The position numbers and the translations under genes are program-made. Below the pieces are notes generated by a model. That model was not told the DNA's origin. It did no database searches and was given only the letters and a program-made list of their open reading frames with translations. DNA of 64,000 bases from Candidatus Bathyarchaeia archaeon (lineage in GTDB: Archaea; Thermoproteota; Bathyarchaeia; Bathyarchaeales; Bathycorpusculaceae), in the NCBI GenBank assembly GCA_038883775.1, contig JAVZLM010000005.1:96001-160000 (forward strand), in the 5' to 3' direction. Within the stretch, counting starts at the first letter, position 1, and each line of letters starts with the position of its first letter. Below are positions 49,458 through 59,667 of this stretch, piece by piece.

Positions 49458-50311
49458 TAAAAGCCAAAATGCACATTGAAAACGGCTAAAGAAGCGATAA
49501 GCGCTTCTTCGGTTCGAACGGTTTCCGTTCCCTGCATTGGAATAGTATTAACGACAAAGTCCACAATCGCGTTCAAGTTTAATCCTTCCTTTTTGGCTAT
49601 TTCATACAATCCCTGCGTTGGAGCCCCAAAGGCTAAAAGAATCTTGCCAGCCTTTTTCCATCTTTCAGACAATTTTTCGGCAACCTCCGCCAATGAAGCG
49701 CCATATTTGGATGTGGCGATAGTTAAGTCAAAGCCTCCACGTTTTAAAAGAAAACCGAAAGATTTGGGTTCAACTGTAACCGCGTAACCCCAATACTCTG
49801 CTACTTCATTGCGACTTGTCAGTTCCACCTCAACCTCCTTTTCAATTTTTGCGATTTTTACGGTAACCCGTTTTTGTATGGGTAACTGCTTATTTACTAA
49901 TAATGCTGGCTGCTCCACTCCAATATCAATTAATGTGCCTTCCCTAGTTTTTGATGCGGTTACACCTTCTCTGTATTCGCCGACCTTCAGATTTTCGACT
50001 TTACGATTTAGTGGATGATGGGGGGTTCGAAGGGGTGGAAGAATTCCAGCATAACGCAGTTCTGGTTTAAGTCTGAAAAGGCTTTTTCGAAGATACTGAG
50101 GCGTTTCCATGTAAGAAAGTAATGTAGCAATCAAATTAATTTCGCTTTTCTGGTTAACCTCCGCATCGTCTGGATAAATTATAATTTCATCAACTCTGAA
50201 AATTGCCGCTGCTCGCCCAATCAAACCTATTTTTGCTGTTTTCTCACGTAAGTGGGGCGTGTCTGAAACAACAGAGGCTGGTATGGCTATGGAAACTTTT
50301 TTCTTTGGCAA
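49457..50311 (-). CDS. SPOUT-family RNA methyltransferase (DUF171/COG2106)
   Basis: IGRAAAIFRVDEI, ETPQYLRK, LPPLRTPHH, QGTETVRTEEA. Confidence 0.92.
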   Translation of the reverse strand: MPKKKVSIAIPASVVSDTPHLREKTAKIGLIGRAAAIFRVDEIIIYPDDAEVNQKSEINLIATLLSYMETPQYLRKSLFRLKPELRYAGILPPLRTPHHPLNRKVENLKVGEYREGVTASKTREGTLIDIGVEQPALLVNKQLPIQKRVTVKIAKIEKEVEVELTSRNEVAEYWGYAVTVEPKSFGFLLKRGGFDLTIATSKYGASLAEVAEKLSERWKKAGKILLAFGAPTQGLYEIAKKEGLNLNAIVDFVVNTIPMQGTETVRTEEALIASLAVFNVHFGF

Positions 50312-50396
50312 ATTAACCCTTCGCCTTCGCTTTTCAAAACGCTTTTCGCAAATAAAAGCTTAAAATGCCAAATCAAAAGCATAGTATAGAACTAGT

Positions 50397-51527
50397 GTGT
50401 TAAAATTGTCGAAAACAAACATTTTAGACGATACTGCCAGAATTAGGAAAATCGACAAAAGCAACATGCTATCCTTTTGCGTCGACGCCCCAAAACATTA
50501 TGAAGAAGCTGTAAAAATCGCAAGAAAATCCTCGATTGGCTACTTAAAACCTCAGAAAATTATTGTAGCGGGCATGGGTGGCTCTGCCATTGGTGGAGAA
50601 CTTGTAAAAGATTGGGCGAGGGATAAAGCGCTTGTTCCTATAGAGGTTGAGAGGGAATATTCCCTGCCAGCCTATGCAGACAAAAATACGCTAGTATTTG
50701 TTGTGAGCTATTCTGGAGAAACTGAGGAAACTTTAAGCGTTTTTCTTGACGCAATTAGGCGAGGCTGCATGGTTGTTTGTGTAAGTTCTGGAGGAAAACT
50801 GTTAGAGTTTGCTGAAAAATTTGGCTTGCCATACATTCGCATTCCTTCTGGAATGCCTCCTCGGACAGCCCTCCCTTATCTTTTCATGCCTTTGCTTATA
50901 AGTTTGGAAAAAATTGGTTTAGTTTCAAATGTCAACACAGAAGTTGCTGAGGCTATTAAGGTTCTGGAAAAAGTTAGTAGTGAGAACATGTCTGAAAAAC
51001 CGTTAAGCATTAATTTTTCGAAGGCTTTGGCATTAAAAGTTAACGGGACTGTTCCAGTTGTTTATGGGTTTGGGTTTTATCGGGCTGTTGCTCAACGTTT
51101 CAAACAACAGTTCAATGAAAACAGTAAAATCCCAGCAAAATGGGAGATTTTGCCAGAGCTTAATCACAATGAAATTGTGGGTTGGGAAAGGGCGGGGAAA
51201 ATGGCGAAAAATTTTTCGGCATTTTTCCTTCGAGACAAGGATGAACCTAAAGAAATTCGAGATAGAATTGAAGCCACTAAAGAGTTAATGCGCAAAGTGT
51301 GCAAAGAAAAAGTGAAGATTTTTGAAGTTTGGAGCAGTGGCGAAAGTATGTTGGCAAAAATGTTGTCAACCATCTGCATAGGAGACTTCACAAGTGTTTA
51401 TTTGGCTTTACTGCGAAAAGTAGATCCAACGCCAGTGAAGACCATCGCCATGTTAAAAGAGAAGATGAAGCAGAGCGGAATGAAGGAGAAAATATTAAGG
51501 GAACTGGAAAAAATGGTAGATAAATAA
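50397..51527 (+). CDS. Bifunctional phosphoglucose/phosphomannose isomerase
   Basis: GMGGSAIGG, SYSGETEET, NENSK, PELNHNEI. Confidence 0.92.
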   Translation: MLKLSKTNILDDTARIRKIDKSNMLSFCVDAPKHYEEAVKIARKSSIGYLKPQKIIVAGMGGSAIGGELVKDWARDKALVPIEVEREYSLPAYADKNTLVFVVSYSGETEETLSVFLDAIRRGCMVVCVSSGGKLLEFAEKFGLPYIRIPSGMPPRTALPYLFMPLLISLEKIGLVSNVNTEVAEAIKVLEKVSSENMSEKPLSINFSKALALKVNGTVPVVYGFGFYRAVAQRFKQQFNENSKIPAKWEILPELNHNEIVGWERAGKMAKNFSAFFLRDKDEPKEIRDRIEATKELMRKVCKEKVKIFEVWSSGESMLAKMLSTICIGDFTSVYLALLRKVDPTPVKTIAMLKEKMKQSGMKEKILRELEKMVDK

Positions 51528-51536
51528 ATTCGTCAA

Positions 51537-52595
51537 TTACTTTTTCATGAGGAAGTCTTCGAACATTTTCTCGGCAGTTTCCAAGGAAACCATTTGCGGT
51601 GGGTGTTTGAAGGCATAAGCGCAGATTGGCATTATTGCACCCTTCATTTTATTGTTTAAGGCTATTTTTACAGCTCTTATAACGTCGAGGAGAACAGAAC
51701 CAGCGTTTGGCGCATCCACTGTTGAGAGTTTTAGGTCTATTTGCATGGGTGTTTTGCAGAAGTATAAGCCCCTAATCCAGAAGTAGCTGTCTCGCCTATT
51801 TTGGAGGAAATCAACATAATCCATTGAGCCCGCCACAACCTCAGCCTTATAGGGCAATGCGCCCTCAACAGACCGCGTCTTGACGGTTCTCTTCAAATCC
51901 CTTGTTCTCTCCAAAGTGTCTAAGGATTCGGTGCCTCCGCCCACATCCAACTGATAAGTTTCCGTTATGCGAACACCATGCATAGAAAGCAACTTAAGCA
52001 AGGCTTTGTGCAATGTGGTTGCGCCTACCTGATCCATTAAGTCATCACCCACAAGCGGCAGTCCAGCCTCTTCAAAACGCTTACGCCACTCGCTATCGCT
52101 GGCGATAAAGGTTGGAGTGGCGTTCACAAAGGCGCATTTCGCCTTTAGGGCTTGCTCTGCATACCATTGTGAAGCTTTTGCGGCTCCGCTTGGAAGCAAG
52201 TTTAGGAGCATTTCAGCGCCCGTCTCTTTCAATGTTGCAGAAACATCAACTTCTTGTTCGTCGTTGATTTGGACAACGTTTTTTGTGTATTCGCCAACGC
52301 CGTCTAAAACTGGTCCTTTTTGCACGATAACGTTGGATGGTGGAACATCGACTATTTTTGGGGCGTTGTTTGGCTGTGCGAAAATGGCTTCGGAAAGGTC
52401 TTTTCCAACTTTTCGACTGTCGATGTCGAAGGCTGTAACTATTTGGATATCCCTGGGATGGAAGCCTCCCAAAAATAAATGCCGAAGCCCAATGCTTTCT
52501 TCGGCGTTTTCGCATTGACTATAATATTTTAAGCCTTGGATTAGGGCGGAGGCGCAGTTTCCAACTCCTGTTAAGGCAACTTTTATTTTCGGCAT
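51537..52595 (-). CDS. myo-inositol-1-phosphate synthase family protein
   Basis: GVGNCAS, KVGKDLSEAI, VNATP, GDD..DQVGAT, DAPNAG. Confidence 0.88.
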   Translation of the reverse strand: MPKIKVALTGVGNCASALIQGLKYYSQCENAEESIGLRHLFLGGFHPRDIQIVTAFDIDSRKVGKDLSEAIFAQPNNAPKIVDVPPSNVIVQKGPVLDGVGEYTKNVVQINDEQEVDVSATLKETGAEMLLNLLPSGAAKASQWYAEQALKAKCAFVNATPTFIASDSEWRKRFEEAGLPLVGDDLMDQVGATTLHKALLKLLSMHGVRITETYQLDVGGGTESLDTLERTRDLKRTVKTRSVEGALPYKAEVVAGSMDYVDFLQNRRDSYFWIRGLYFCKTPMQIDLKLSTVDAPNAGSVLLDVIRAVKIALNNKMKGAIMPICAYAFKHPPQMVSLETAEKMFEDFLMKK

Positions 52596-52681
52596 TTTTG
52601 GACACCTTAATTGGCAGTTTCATATTTTGCGACTGGTTTATAAAGTGCTATGGTGTTTATGCCTGAAATGGAGACTATAAA

Positions 52682-52912
52682 ATGAAAACTTGGTTAGATG
52701 TGGCTGTTTTACGCTGTCCAAATTGTGGACGCTATTATGTTGATGCTTCATGGTATGTCATGGAAATAGAATCTGACATTCAATGTGGAAATTGCGGAAA
52801 AGAGTTTAACAGCAAGAAAAACGCAAAAGACCGTATAATGCTCGAATTCCAAATAGATGAAAATGGGAAAATACAAGAAACCAAAATCCTCGAACACTTG
52901 AAGCTAGAATAA
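52682..52912 (+). CDS. Small zinc-ribbon protein
   Basis: CPNCG...CGNCG. Confidence 0.75.
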   Translation: MKTWLDVAVLRCPNCGRYYVDASWYVMEIESDIQCGNCGKEFNSKKNAKDRIMLEFQIDENGKIQETKILEHLKLE

Positions 52913-52924
52913 ACAAGCACTTAC

Positions 52925-54022
52925 CTACTGCCGTTGCAATTTTTCAATGGGCACATATTCTTCCATTATGCCCGACCTTTGAAGAGCATCCTTCCATAAG
53001 TCTAAGCCTTTTTTAGTTCGCCATTTCTCTGGTGATGGCAAACCCAAAACGACAATTTTGTCGCCTTTCTCTATTTTTTCTGCTGTTATGCACTTGCCAG
53101 TTTCCGGATGCACAGGGGTTATGATGTCTGGAGCTATTGCTGCTAGTTTTCCGTTTTTATAGGCTATTAGCACTTCGTTTTTAGCTTTAAATTCAAATGT
53201 GCTGCCAGCATACCCGTGATTTCCCTTAAGTTTTATGTTAACAAATGTGAAGCCAGCTTCAGTTTTTTGTTCAGTGTTTTCCACCACACCTTCGAAGAGT
53301 TTAAACCCACTGGTTTCCTTCAAAACCGCCTTTATGGGCTCAATTGCTGTCCTTAACAATTTTCCAATTTTTATGCATTTTGAAAGGCTAAGCTGTATTG
53401 GTGAAGTTTTTACCTGAGAGCCCGTTAAGATTCTTCTGGCAGTGTAAGCACTTTGGCCCCACTCCGCCGCCAACACCCGTGCGATTCTTTCAGCAGCCTT
53501 TGCATCCATTGTTTCTTTAATGATAACCACGTTTTTTGCATGGATATCTGCAACAACCATTGGAGTTAAGGGGATATTGTCAATTGTGTAAACTTTCAAC
53601 TGGACTTCTGGAACAGCCCTTCCAGCTCCATCGGCATCTACAACGGAAATACCCCTCCTAGCAGCCACATCTACGGCGGCTAATGTGTTAAAACCGCCAA
53701 GTTCCACGGGAATTGTGGCGAAAGCAGAAAAGCCAGCATATTCTTCTAAAACTTTTAGAGTTTTTACAGCTGCATCAGAATCGTATCCGATGGCAGTGGT
53801 AGCCCCCACACATGAAAAATTTACAACTCTTGCTTCATTTGAAACCTCTGAAGGAGCAACAAGCTTAACCGTGTAACCTTGACTAGCCAAGTTATCTGCT
53901 ATTTTATAACCAGTTTCAGGGTCACCTCCGCCTCCAGCGGAAAAAATTGCGGCACCATCAACTAAGTCAAGCAAATCTTGATGGTTAAGGGTTCTCAAAT
54001 CTTGAAGCCTCCATTGTTGCAT
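52925..54022 (-). CDS. DUF917-family protein
   Basis: GAAIFSAGGGG, ELGGFN, DADGAGRAVPE, KNE, PDII. Confidence 0.88.
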   Translation of the reverse strand: MQQWRLQDLRTLNHQDLLDLVDGAAIFSAGGGGDPETGYKIADNLASQGYTVKLVAPSEVSNEARVVNFSCVGATTAIGYDSDAAVKTLKVLEEYAGFSAFATIPVELGGFNTLAAVDVAARRGISVVDADGAGRAVPEVQLKVYTIDNIPLTPMVVADIHAKNVVIIKETMDAKAAERIARVLAAEWGQSAYTARRILTGSQVKTSPIQLSLSKCIKIGKLLRTAIEPIKAVLKETSGFKLFEGVVENTEQKTEAGFTFVNIKLKGNHGYAGSTFEFKAKNEVLIAYKNGKLAAIAPDIITPVHPETGKCITAEKIEKGDKIVVLGLPSPEKWRTKKGLDLWKDALQRSGIMEEYVPIEKLQRQ

Positions 54023-54077
54023 GAAAGTTTATTATTAGTAAGCCTTAAAGTCTTTTAAACGTTTATCCATAAATAGG

Positions 54078-55850
54078 TTGGCAGAATTGACGAATGAAAT
54101 TAAAACCACAGATAAATTTACAGCAATTAACGAATTGGCACGCCGAAGAGGTTTTTTTTGGCCATCCTACGAGATATATGGCGGCGTAAGCGGTTTCATC
54201 ACCTACGGACATTTGGGCGCAAGACTTAAACAAAACATTGAGAAAAAAATAAGGGAATTTTATGTTTACAAGCTTGGCATTATGGAAATTGAGTCACCAA
54301 TAATTGCGCCTGAAAAAGTTTTCGAAGCTTCTGGGCATGTGGAACATTTTAAAGAACCCATGGTTGAATGTCAAAAATGTAAGAAAAAGTTTAGGGCTGA
54401 CCACCTGATCGCAGAAACTACAAAAGTTCCCCAAACAGAAGTTGAAAAACTGAGCCTAATAGAAATAAAAAACATAGTTGAAAGGGAGAAAATTCTCTGT
54501 CCAGAATGTGGCGGACCTTTAAGCGAACCAAGGCAGTTTCTAACGATGTTTAAAACAACTATAGGGCCATATTCAGATGCTGTGGGTTATGCAAGACCAG
54601 AAGCCGCCCAAGGCATATTTGTGGAGTTTAAACGCCTTTATGAAATGGCACGAGAGAAACTTCCCTTCGGCGTAATACAGATCGGACGTGCCTTAAGGAA
54701 CGAGATTTCGCCGAGGCAAGGTCTCTTGAGGCTTCGGGAATTCACTATCGGAGATTTGGAATTTTTCTTCGACCCAGAAGAACCAAACTGTTACTTGCTT
54801 AAGGAAGTGGAAAATGAGACATTGCAATTGGTTTTGGCTGAGAACAGACTAAAAGGCTCAGAAGAACTCACAAAGGTTACTGTGAAAGAGGCTTTGGAGA
54901 AAGGTTACATTAAGGCTGAGTGGCAGGCGGTTTTTATGACAATTTCAAAAAAGCTACTAATAGCCTTAGGGGTGCCTGCCGAAAAGCAACGCTTCATAGA
55001 AAAACTTCCATGGGAAAGAGCGCATTATTCCGCTCAAACCTTTGACCATGAGGTTCTGGTTGAAAGGTGGGGTTGGATTGAAGTTACAGCCACAGCCCAC
55101 AGAACAGATTATGACTTAAAGAGGCATACGGAATTCAGCAATCAAGACATGTACGTCTTCAAAGAATATGAAAGGCCTTTGGAAAAGGAACAAGTCACCG
55201 TAAAGCCAGTTATGGAAAAATTGGGACCAGCCTTTAAGAAGGAAGCCGCAAAAGTTGCTAAAATGCTTTCTAAGGCTGATCTGAAAGAAGTGGAGGCTTC
55301 CCTTAAAAGAAATGGATATTTTATACTTGGGAAATACAAAATCTTGCCAGAACATTTAGAAATTAAACATGAAAAAGTTGTTGAACGAGGAAGACGCTTC
55401 ATACCCCACGTTATAGAACCAACCTTCGGCACAGACCGCCTCCTATACGTAACTTTTGAATACGCCTATCGAGTGAAGGATGATAGAACTGTCATGAGTT
55501 TTCCAAGGGACATCGCCCCCATTCAAGTCGGCGTCTATCCCCTTGTAAGCAAGGATGGATTGCCAGAAAAAGCCATGGAATTACATAAAAATTTAGTTAA
55601 TGAAGGCTTCGTTGTGGAGTATGACGAGGCTGGTTCCATTGGTAGACGTTACGCCAGGGCAGATGAGATTGGCATACCATTGGGCATAACAGTTGACTAT
55701 CAAACGCTTAAGGATAACACGGTTACCATCCGAGACAGAGATTCTTGGAAACAAGTTAGAAGTAAAATTGAAGATATGCCGGAGCTTTTGCATAAATATT
55801 TTAGATGGAAAATCAACTTTGAGGATTTAGGCATGTCATTTAAAGGTTAA
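54078..55850 (+). CDS. glyS: Glycine--tRNA ligase (alpha2 type)
   Basis: ASGH, RPEAAQG, RNEISPRQGLLRLREF, HVIEPTFG, SIGRRYAR.DEIG. Confidence 0.96.
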   Translation: MAELTNEIKTTDKFTAINELARRRGFFWPSYEIYGGVSGFITYGHLGARLKQNIEKKIREFYVYKLGIMEIESPIIAPEKVFEASGHVEHFKEPMVECQKCKKKFRADHLIAETTKVPQTEVEKLSLIEIKNIVEREKILCPECGGPLSEPRQFLTMFKTTIGPYSDAVGYARPEAAQGIFVEFKRLYEMAREKLPFGVIQIGRALRNEISPRQGLLRLREFTIGDLEFFFDPEEPNCYLLKEVENETLQLVLAENRLKGSEELTKVTVKEALEKGYIKAEWQAVFMTISKKLLIALGVPAEKQRFIEKLPWERAHYSAQTFDHEVLVERWGWIEVTATAHRTDYDLKRHTEFSNQDMYVFKEYERPLEKEQVTVKPVMEKLGPAFKKEAAKVAKMLSKADLKEVEASLKRNGYFILGKYKILPEHLEIKHEKVVERGRRFIPHVIEPTFGTDRLLYVTFEYAYRVKDDRTVMSFPRDIAPIQVGVYPLVSKDGLPEKAMELHKNLVNEGFVVEYDEAGSIGRRYARADEIGIPLGITVDYQTLKDNTVTIRDRDSWKQVRSKIEDMPELLHKYFRWKINFEDLGMSFKG

Positions 55851-55927
55851 GGTTTCGTTACCTTTTTTAACACTTCACTCTATTTAATTGTAGAAAGAAA
55901 TAACCTTACTTTGCGGGCGGGAAAAAT

Positions 55928-56587
55928 TTGGTGCTTCCAGCAGAAACCGAAGAACGAGTAAAACGGAGAGCCTTAAGCGTATGCCAAGACCACCTAAGAA
56001 AGGTTCTGGACTTGACAAGGAAGGTTCCCCAGATGGTGGACTGCTTCGTGAAAAATGACAAGGAAAGAGCAAAACAGCTTTTCAACGAAATTAGAAGCGG
56101 CGAAGACGAAGTTGACAACGCAAGAAGACTTGTCTCGCAAGAGCTTGCCGAAATAGGAGCTATCCTCCTCAGCAGAGAAGATTTCTTAAGGTTTACAAAC
56201 CTCACAAGCGAGATTGCAGATTTCTCAGAGGGCATCGCCTTCCGTTTGGTGGAAATTATGGAGCACAACTGGAACGTTCCCATGGACATAAAGAAGGACT
56301 TGCTTAAGCTTTCAGAAACCGTCTTGGAGGCTGTGCTTAAACTTAGAGAAACCACTATGGTTCTCACTTATGGCTCTTCTAAAGCTATGGAAAAAGCCAA
56401 AGAGGTTGAAATCGCAGAGAGGGCGGTGGACGAGTTATACCGCGAACTAGAAATAAAACTGTTAAATAGCAAACTAGAGTTCCCAGCCCTAATCCTTCTA
56501 AGAGACGTTCTACAACTATTGGAGGATTCAGCAGACAAGGCTGAAGATGCAGCTGATGCCGCCAGAATACTCTCTTTCATCATGTAA
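55928..56587 (+). CDS. DUF47/PhoU-like protein
   Basis: EDEVDNARR, SRED, ERAVD, DKAEDAAD. Confidence 0.88.
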   Translation: MVLPAETEERVKRRALSVCQDHLRKVLDLTRKVPQMVDCFVKNDKERAKQLFNEIRSGEDEVDNARRLVSQELAEIGAILLSREDFLRFTNLTSEIADFSEGIAFRLVEIMEHNWNVPMDIKKDLLKLSETVLEAVLKLRETTMVLTYGSSKAMEKAKEVEIAERAVDELYRELEIKLLNSKLEFPALILLRDVLQLLEDSADKAEDAADAARILSFIM

Positions 56588-56603
56588 AAAGGCGAAAACC
56601 CAA

Positions 56604-57161
56604 ATGCCTAAAAAAATTAGCGTCGAATTAATTGAAAACTTCTTAATCGTTTGGAACCCAAAGGAAGGGTCGGAACTTTATAAAAGAGGCTTTTACGGAA
56701 AACCCTTAGGGATTCCAAAACCAAAAATTCCAGAATTTGAAGTCCCACTAATTTTAGATTTGATGGAAGGATTATATCTAGCTGAAAAGGGAATCATAAA
56801 CATTTACGAAGGCTCGGAAAAGAAAAAGGTTGGTCTTAAAAAGTTGCGTCAAAAGGCTAGACAATTATATGAGGAGTTTGATGAGAAATATGCTGTTTAC
56901 CGCGACCTGCGCGATAACGGCTTGATTGTGACACCTGGAATAAAGTTTGGATGCGACTTCGCCGTTTACAAGCATGGACCCGGCATTGAGCATGCGCCTT
57001 ACATGGTTTCTGTTAAAAGTGCTTCTTCAGAAATAACAGCGACTGAAATTGTGAAGGCTGGAAGGCTTGCCACAACCGTTAGGAAAAGGTTCATAATAGC
57101 AGTGCCAGACATGGAAAAAGGGAAAATAAGATACTTAATATTTAAATGGTTTAAAGCCTAA
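56604..57161 (+). CDS. endA: tRNA-intron endonuclease catalytic subunit
   Basis: VYRDLRDNG, GIKFGCDFAVY, EHAP, RLATTVRK; start at internal Met 56604. Confidence 0.93.
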   Translation: MPKKISVELIENFLIVWNPKEGSELYKRGFYGKPLGIPKPKIPEFEVPLILDLMEGLYLAEKGIINIYEGSEKKKVGLKKLRQKARQLYEEFDEKYAVYRDLRDNGLIVTPGIKFGCDFAVYKHGPGIEHAPYMVSVKSASSEITATEIVKAGRLATTVRKRFIIAVPDMEKGKIRYLIFKWFKA

Positions 57162-57166
57162 TTCTT

Positions 57167-57655
57167 TTAGCTCATCCGCTCATGCTTTTTTAAAATAATT
57201 TTCAGCAAATCTTCTTCCAAAGTGGGCTCACGCGGGTTCTCAACTATTCTTCCGATCTCTTTGCCTTCTTTGTCAAATACGATTATCAATGGAATCTTAT
57301 CAACATTAAACGTTTCCACTTCAGGGGGCGAAGGCGGAATCCTCCACTTTCTTTCATAACTTAACGGATCCTTCATTAAACCTCCAAACACCCTAACTTC
57401 TAAACCAGTTTTTTCAGATATTAGAGCTAGGACTGGAATGTTTGCTGCGCAGTCTTTGCACCATTCCGCAGAAAAAACAACTAACAAATGATCACGTGCA
57501 AATTTCTTGAGTTCATCTATAACTTCACGTTTAAGCGTGTATGATTTTTTCCTTTCCTTGAATTTCTCCGCAAACGGCTCCCTTATATTTTTAAGATATT
57601 CACTAACTGAAACTGTTTTATTTACAATTTCTGAAAGGTTAGTGGACATTTCCAT
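57167..57655 (-). CDS. Thioredoxin-family protein
   Basis: WCKDC and cis-Pro loop KIPLII. Confidence 0.85.
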   Translation of the reverse strand: MEMSTNLSEIVNKTVSVSEYLKNIREPFAEKFKERKKSYTLKREVIDELKKFARDHLLVVFSAEWCKDCAANIPVLALISEKTGLEVRVFGGLMKDPLSYERKWRIPPSPPEVETFNVDKIPLIIVFDKEGKEIGRIVENPREPTLEEDLLKIILKKHERMS

Positions 57656-57710
57656 CAGAAATTGCTTTAATTAATATAAGCACTTAAAAGTTTCAGCGAC
57701 AAAACGTAAA

Positions 57711-59594
57711 CTATGGTATCTTCATCTCAAGCACATTATAGACAAAGGCCATCACGTCAGAATATTCTGATATTTTGGTTTTCGGTGTTGCACCTGAATG
57801 CCCACTTTTTGTTTCAACCCTTAACAGGCAAGGGCTTCCCACTTCTTCGATTTTTGCTGCAAACTTGAACGCATGGGCTGGATGAACCCTATCATCATGT
57901 AGACCTGTATAAAGCAGTATTGGCGGATAATTTTTCTTAGTCACGTTATGGTAAGGCGAATATTTGACTAGAAATTCAGCGTCTTTTGGATTGTCTGGAT
58001 TGCCATATTCAGGGACCCAAGCTTCACCTATGTAAAGTTTATGAAATCTAAGCATGTCAAGCACGGGATAACCCATTACAGCGCCGTCAAGTAATTCTGG
58101 GCGTTGCGTCAAAATCGCCCCTACCAATAAACCACCGTTGCTAACGCCCATGGCAACAATTTTAGCATTTTTACGTTTAAAAAATTCTAAAACCGCCATG
58201 AAATCGTCGAAAACATTCTGTTTCTTTTCCCTCATACCATTTCTATGCCATTCCTCGCCAAATTCCTTCCCACCTCTTAAGTTGGCTACAACAAAAGTTC
58301 CACCATCCTCAAGGAACGGGATTATATGTGGATAATATCTTGGAGTAAGAGGTACAGCAAATCCGCCATAACCATAAGCCAAAACTTTCCTGCTTCCTTT
58401 CTTAGCCTTCTCAACTTTAAAGCCATGAATAGACGTCGAATCCTTCGATCTAACCCAGAACTCTTCCAAAGCAAAGTCTCCGTCAATTTCTTTATAATCC
58501 AAAATTTCTAGTCCGTCACTTGCTAGCGCATAAATGCGATATGGAACAAAAAAGGATTCATACTTAAAGACGCATTTGGCACCGTTAGAGTCTAGAGACT
58601 CTATGGTCCCTGAAGGTTTTACTCTGATTTCATTGTTTGCTTTACCATTTAAATAGAACATTTTCAGAACAGATGAGGCGTTCTCAAGATAGTTAGCAAC
58701 CAATTTTTCTTTGTAAATGACAGCTTCCTGCAATGGATATTCCAGCTCACCAACAACTTCGTCTATTTTGCCACTATCAGAAGTTGCAAGTATTCTCCCT
58801 TTTCCGTTCCCATCAAAAGAGGCGATGTAATATTTCCCGCGGATGTAATCTATGGGGTAAGCCATAAAATTGCCTTTTCCGTAAATTAAGTTCCAGCTTT
58901 CAGGGTTTTCAAGCATTCCAGCGTAGACGTCGCTCCTTGTCCATCCATAACTCACAGTTAAAAGCGCTTTAGCTCCTTCGTTGCTCCTTTTTAATGTGAT
59001 GAAATATGATTTAGGTATTCCTTTTCCAAAAACCATCACGTCCTTGCCATTTTCTCTTAAGAAAACTCTTTCAGCTGGAGGTTCAACGCCGTCTGGAGTT
59101 TTCTCAGTGGCATAAAATTTAACATAGAAGTATTCTTCCTCACTCAACCAAGCTATGTCACCAATTCGTCCTTTCAGTTCATCAATAACATCGCCAGAAC
59201 ATGTCTCTACAATTCGTAAAAATCCCTCATCAGAACCACCAACGGAATATGAGAAAACGAAAATTTCTCCATTTTTTGTGGTGTAAAGACGCTGTAAGAC
59301 TACATCTTTACCAATTTTTTTGGAATTCACTAACTCTTTAGAGGATTTTTCATCTGTTATTATTTTAATTTTGAAGGCTTCGGCATCGCGCAAGAGGACG
59401 AAATATCCATTTTCGCTTGCCCTAACTTGAAAGACATATGGAGCAGCATAATAGTATGCAATTCTTGGCCTAAGTGTTATGGAAAGATTTTCGAGCGTTT
59501 TTCTGGCAATTTTATCTTTTTGCCGTGCCCACTTTATCACTTGTGGGTTTTCTAAATTTTCTAACCATTGGTAATTATCTGGATTTTGGGTCAT
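57711..59594 (-). CDS. Prolyl oligopeptidase (S9A)
   Basis: YGYGGF, GVSNGGLL, DDRVHP, SGH. Confidence 0.94.
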   Translation of the reverse strand: MTQNPDNYQWLENLENPQVIKWARQKDKIARKTLENLSITLRPRIAYYYAAPYVFQVRASENGYFVLLRDAEAFKIKIITDEKSSKELVNSKKIGKDVVLQRLYTTKNGEIFVFSYSVGGSDEGFLRIVETCSGDVIDELKGRIGDIAWLSEEEYFYVKFYATEKTPDGVEPPAERVFLRENGKDVMVFGKGIPKSYFITLKRSNEGAKALLTVSYGWTRSDVYAGMLENPESWNLIYGKGNFMAYPIDYIRGKYYIASFDGNGKGRILATSDSGKIDEVVGELEYPLQEAVIYKEKLVANYLENASSVLKMFYLNGKANNEIRVKPSGTIESLDSNGAKCVFKYESFFVPYRIYALASDGLEILDYKEIDGDFALEEFWVRSKDSTSIHGFKVEKAKKGSRKVLAYGYGGFAVPLTPRYYPHIIPFLEDGGTFVVANLRGGKEFGEEWHRNGMREKKQNVFDDFMAVLEFFKRKNAKIVAMGVSNGGLLVGAILTQRPELLDGAVMGYPVLDMLRFHKLYIGEAWVPEYGNPDNPKDAEFLVKYSPYHNVTKKNYPPILLYTGLHDDRVHPAHAFKFAAKIEEVGSPCLLRVETKSGHSGATPKTKISEYSDVMAFVYNVLEMKIP

Positions 59595-59667
59595 GGAGGT
59601 CTTTCTCCATATACTTTGAAAGTTTCCAAATTGATGATTATTGAGATATTTAATCAGTCTTTAAAGT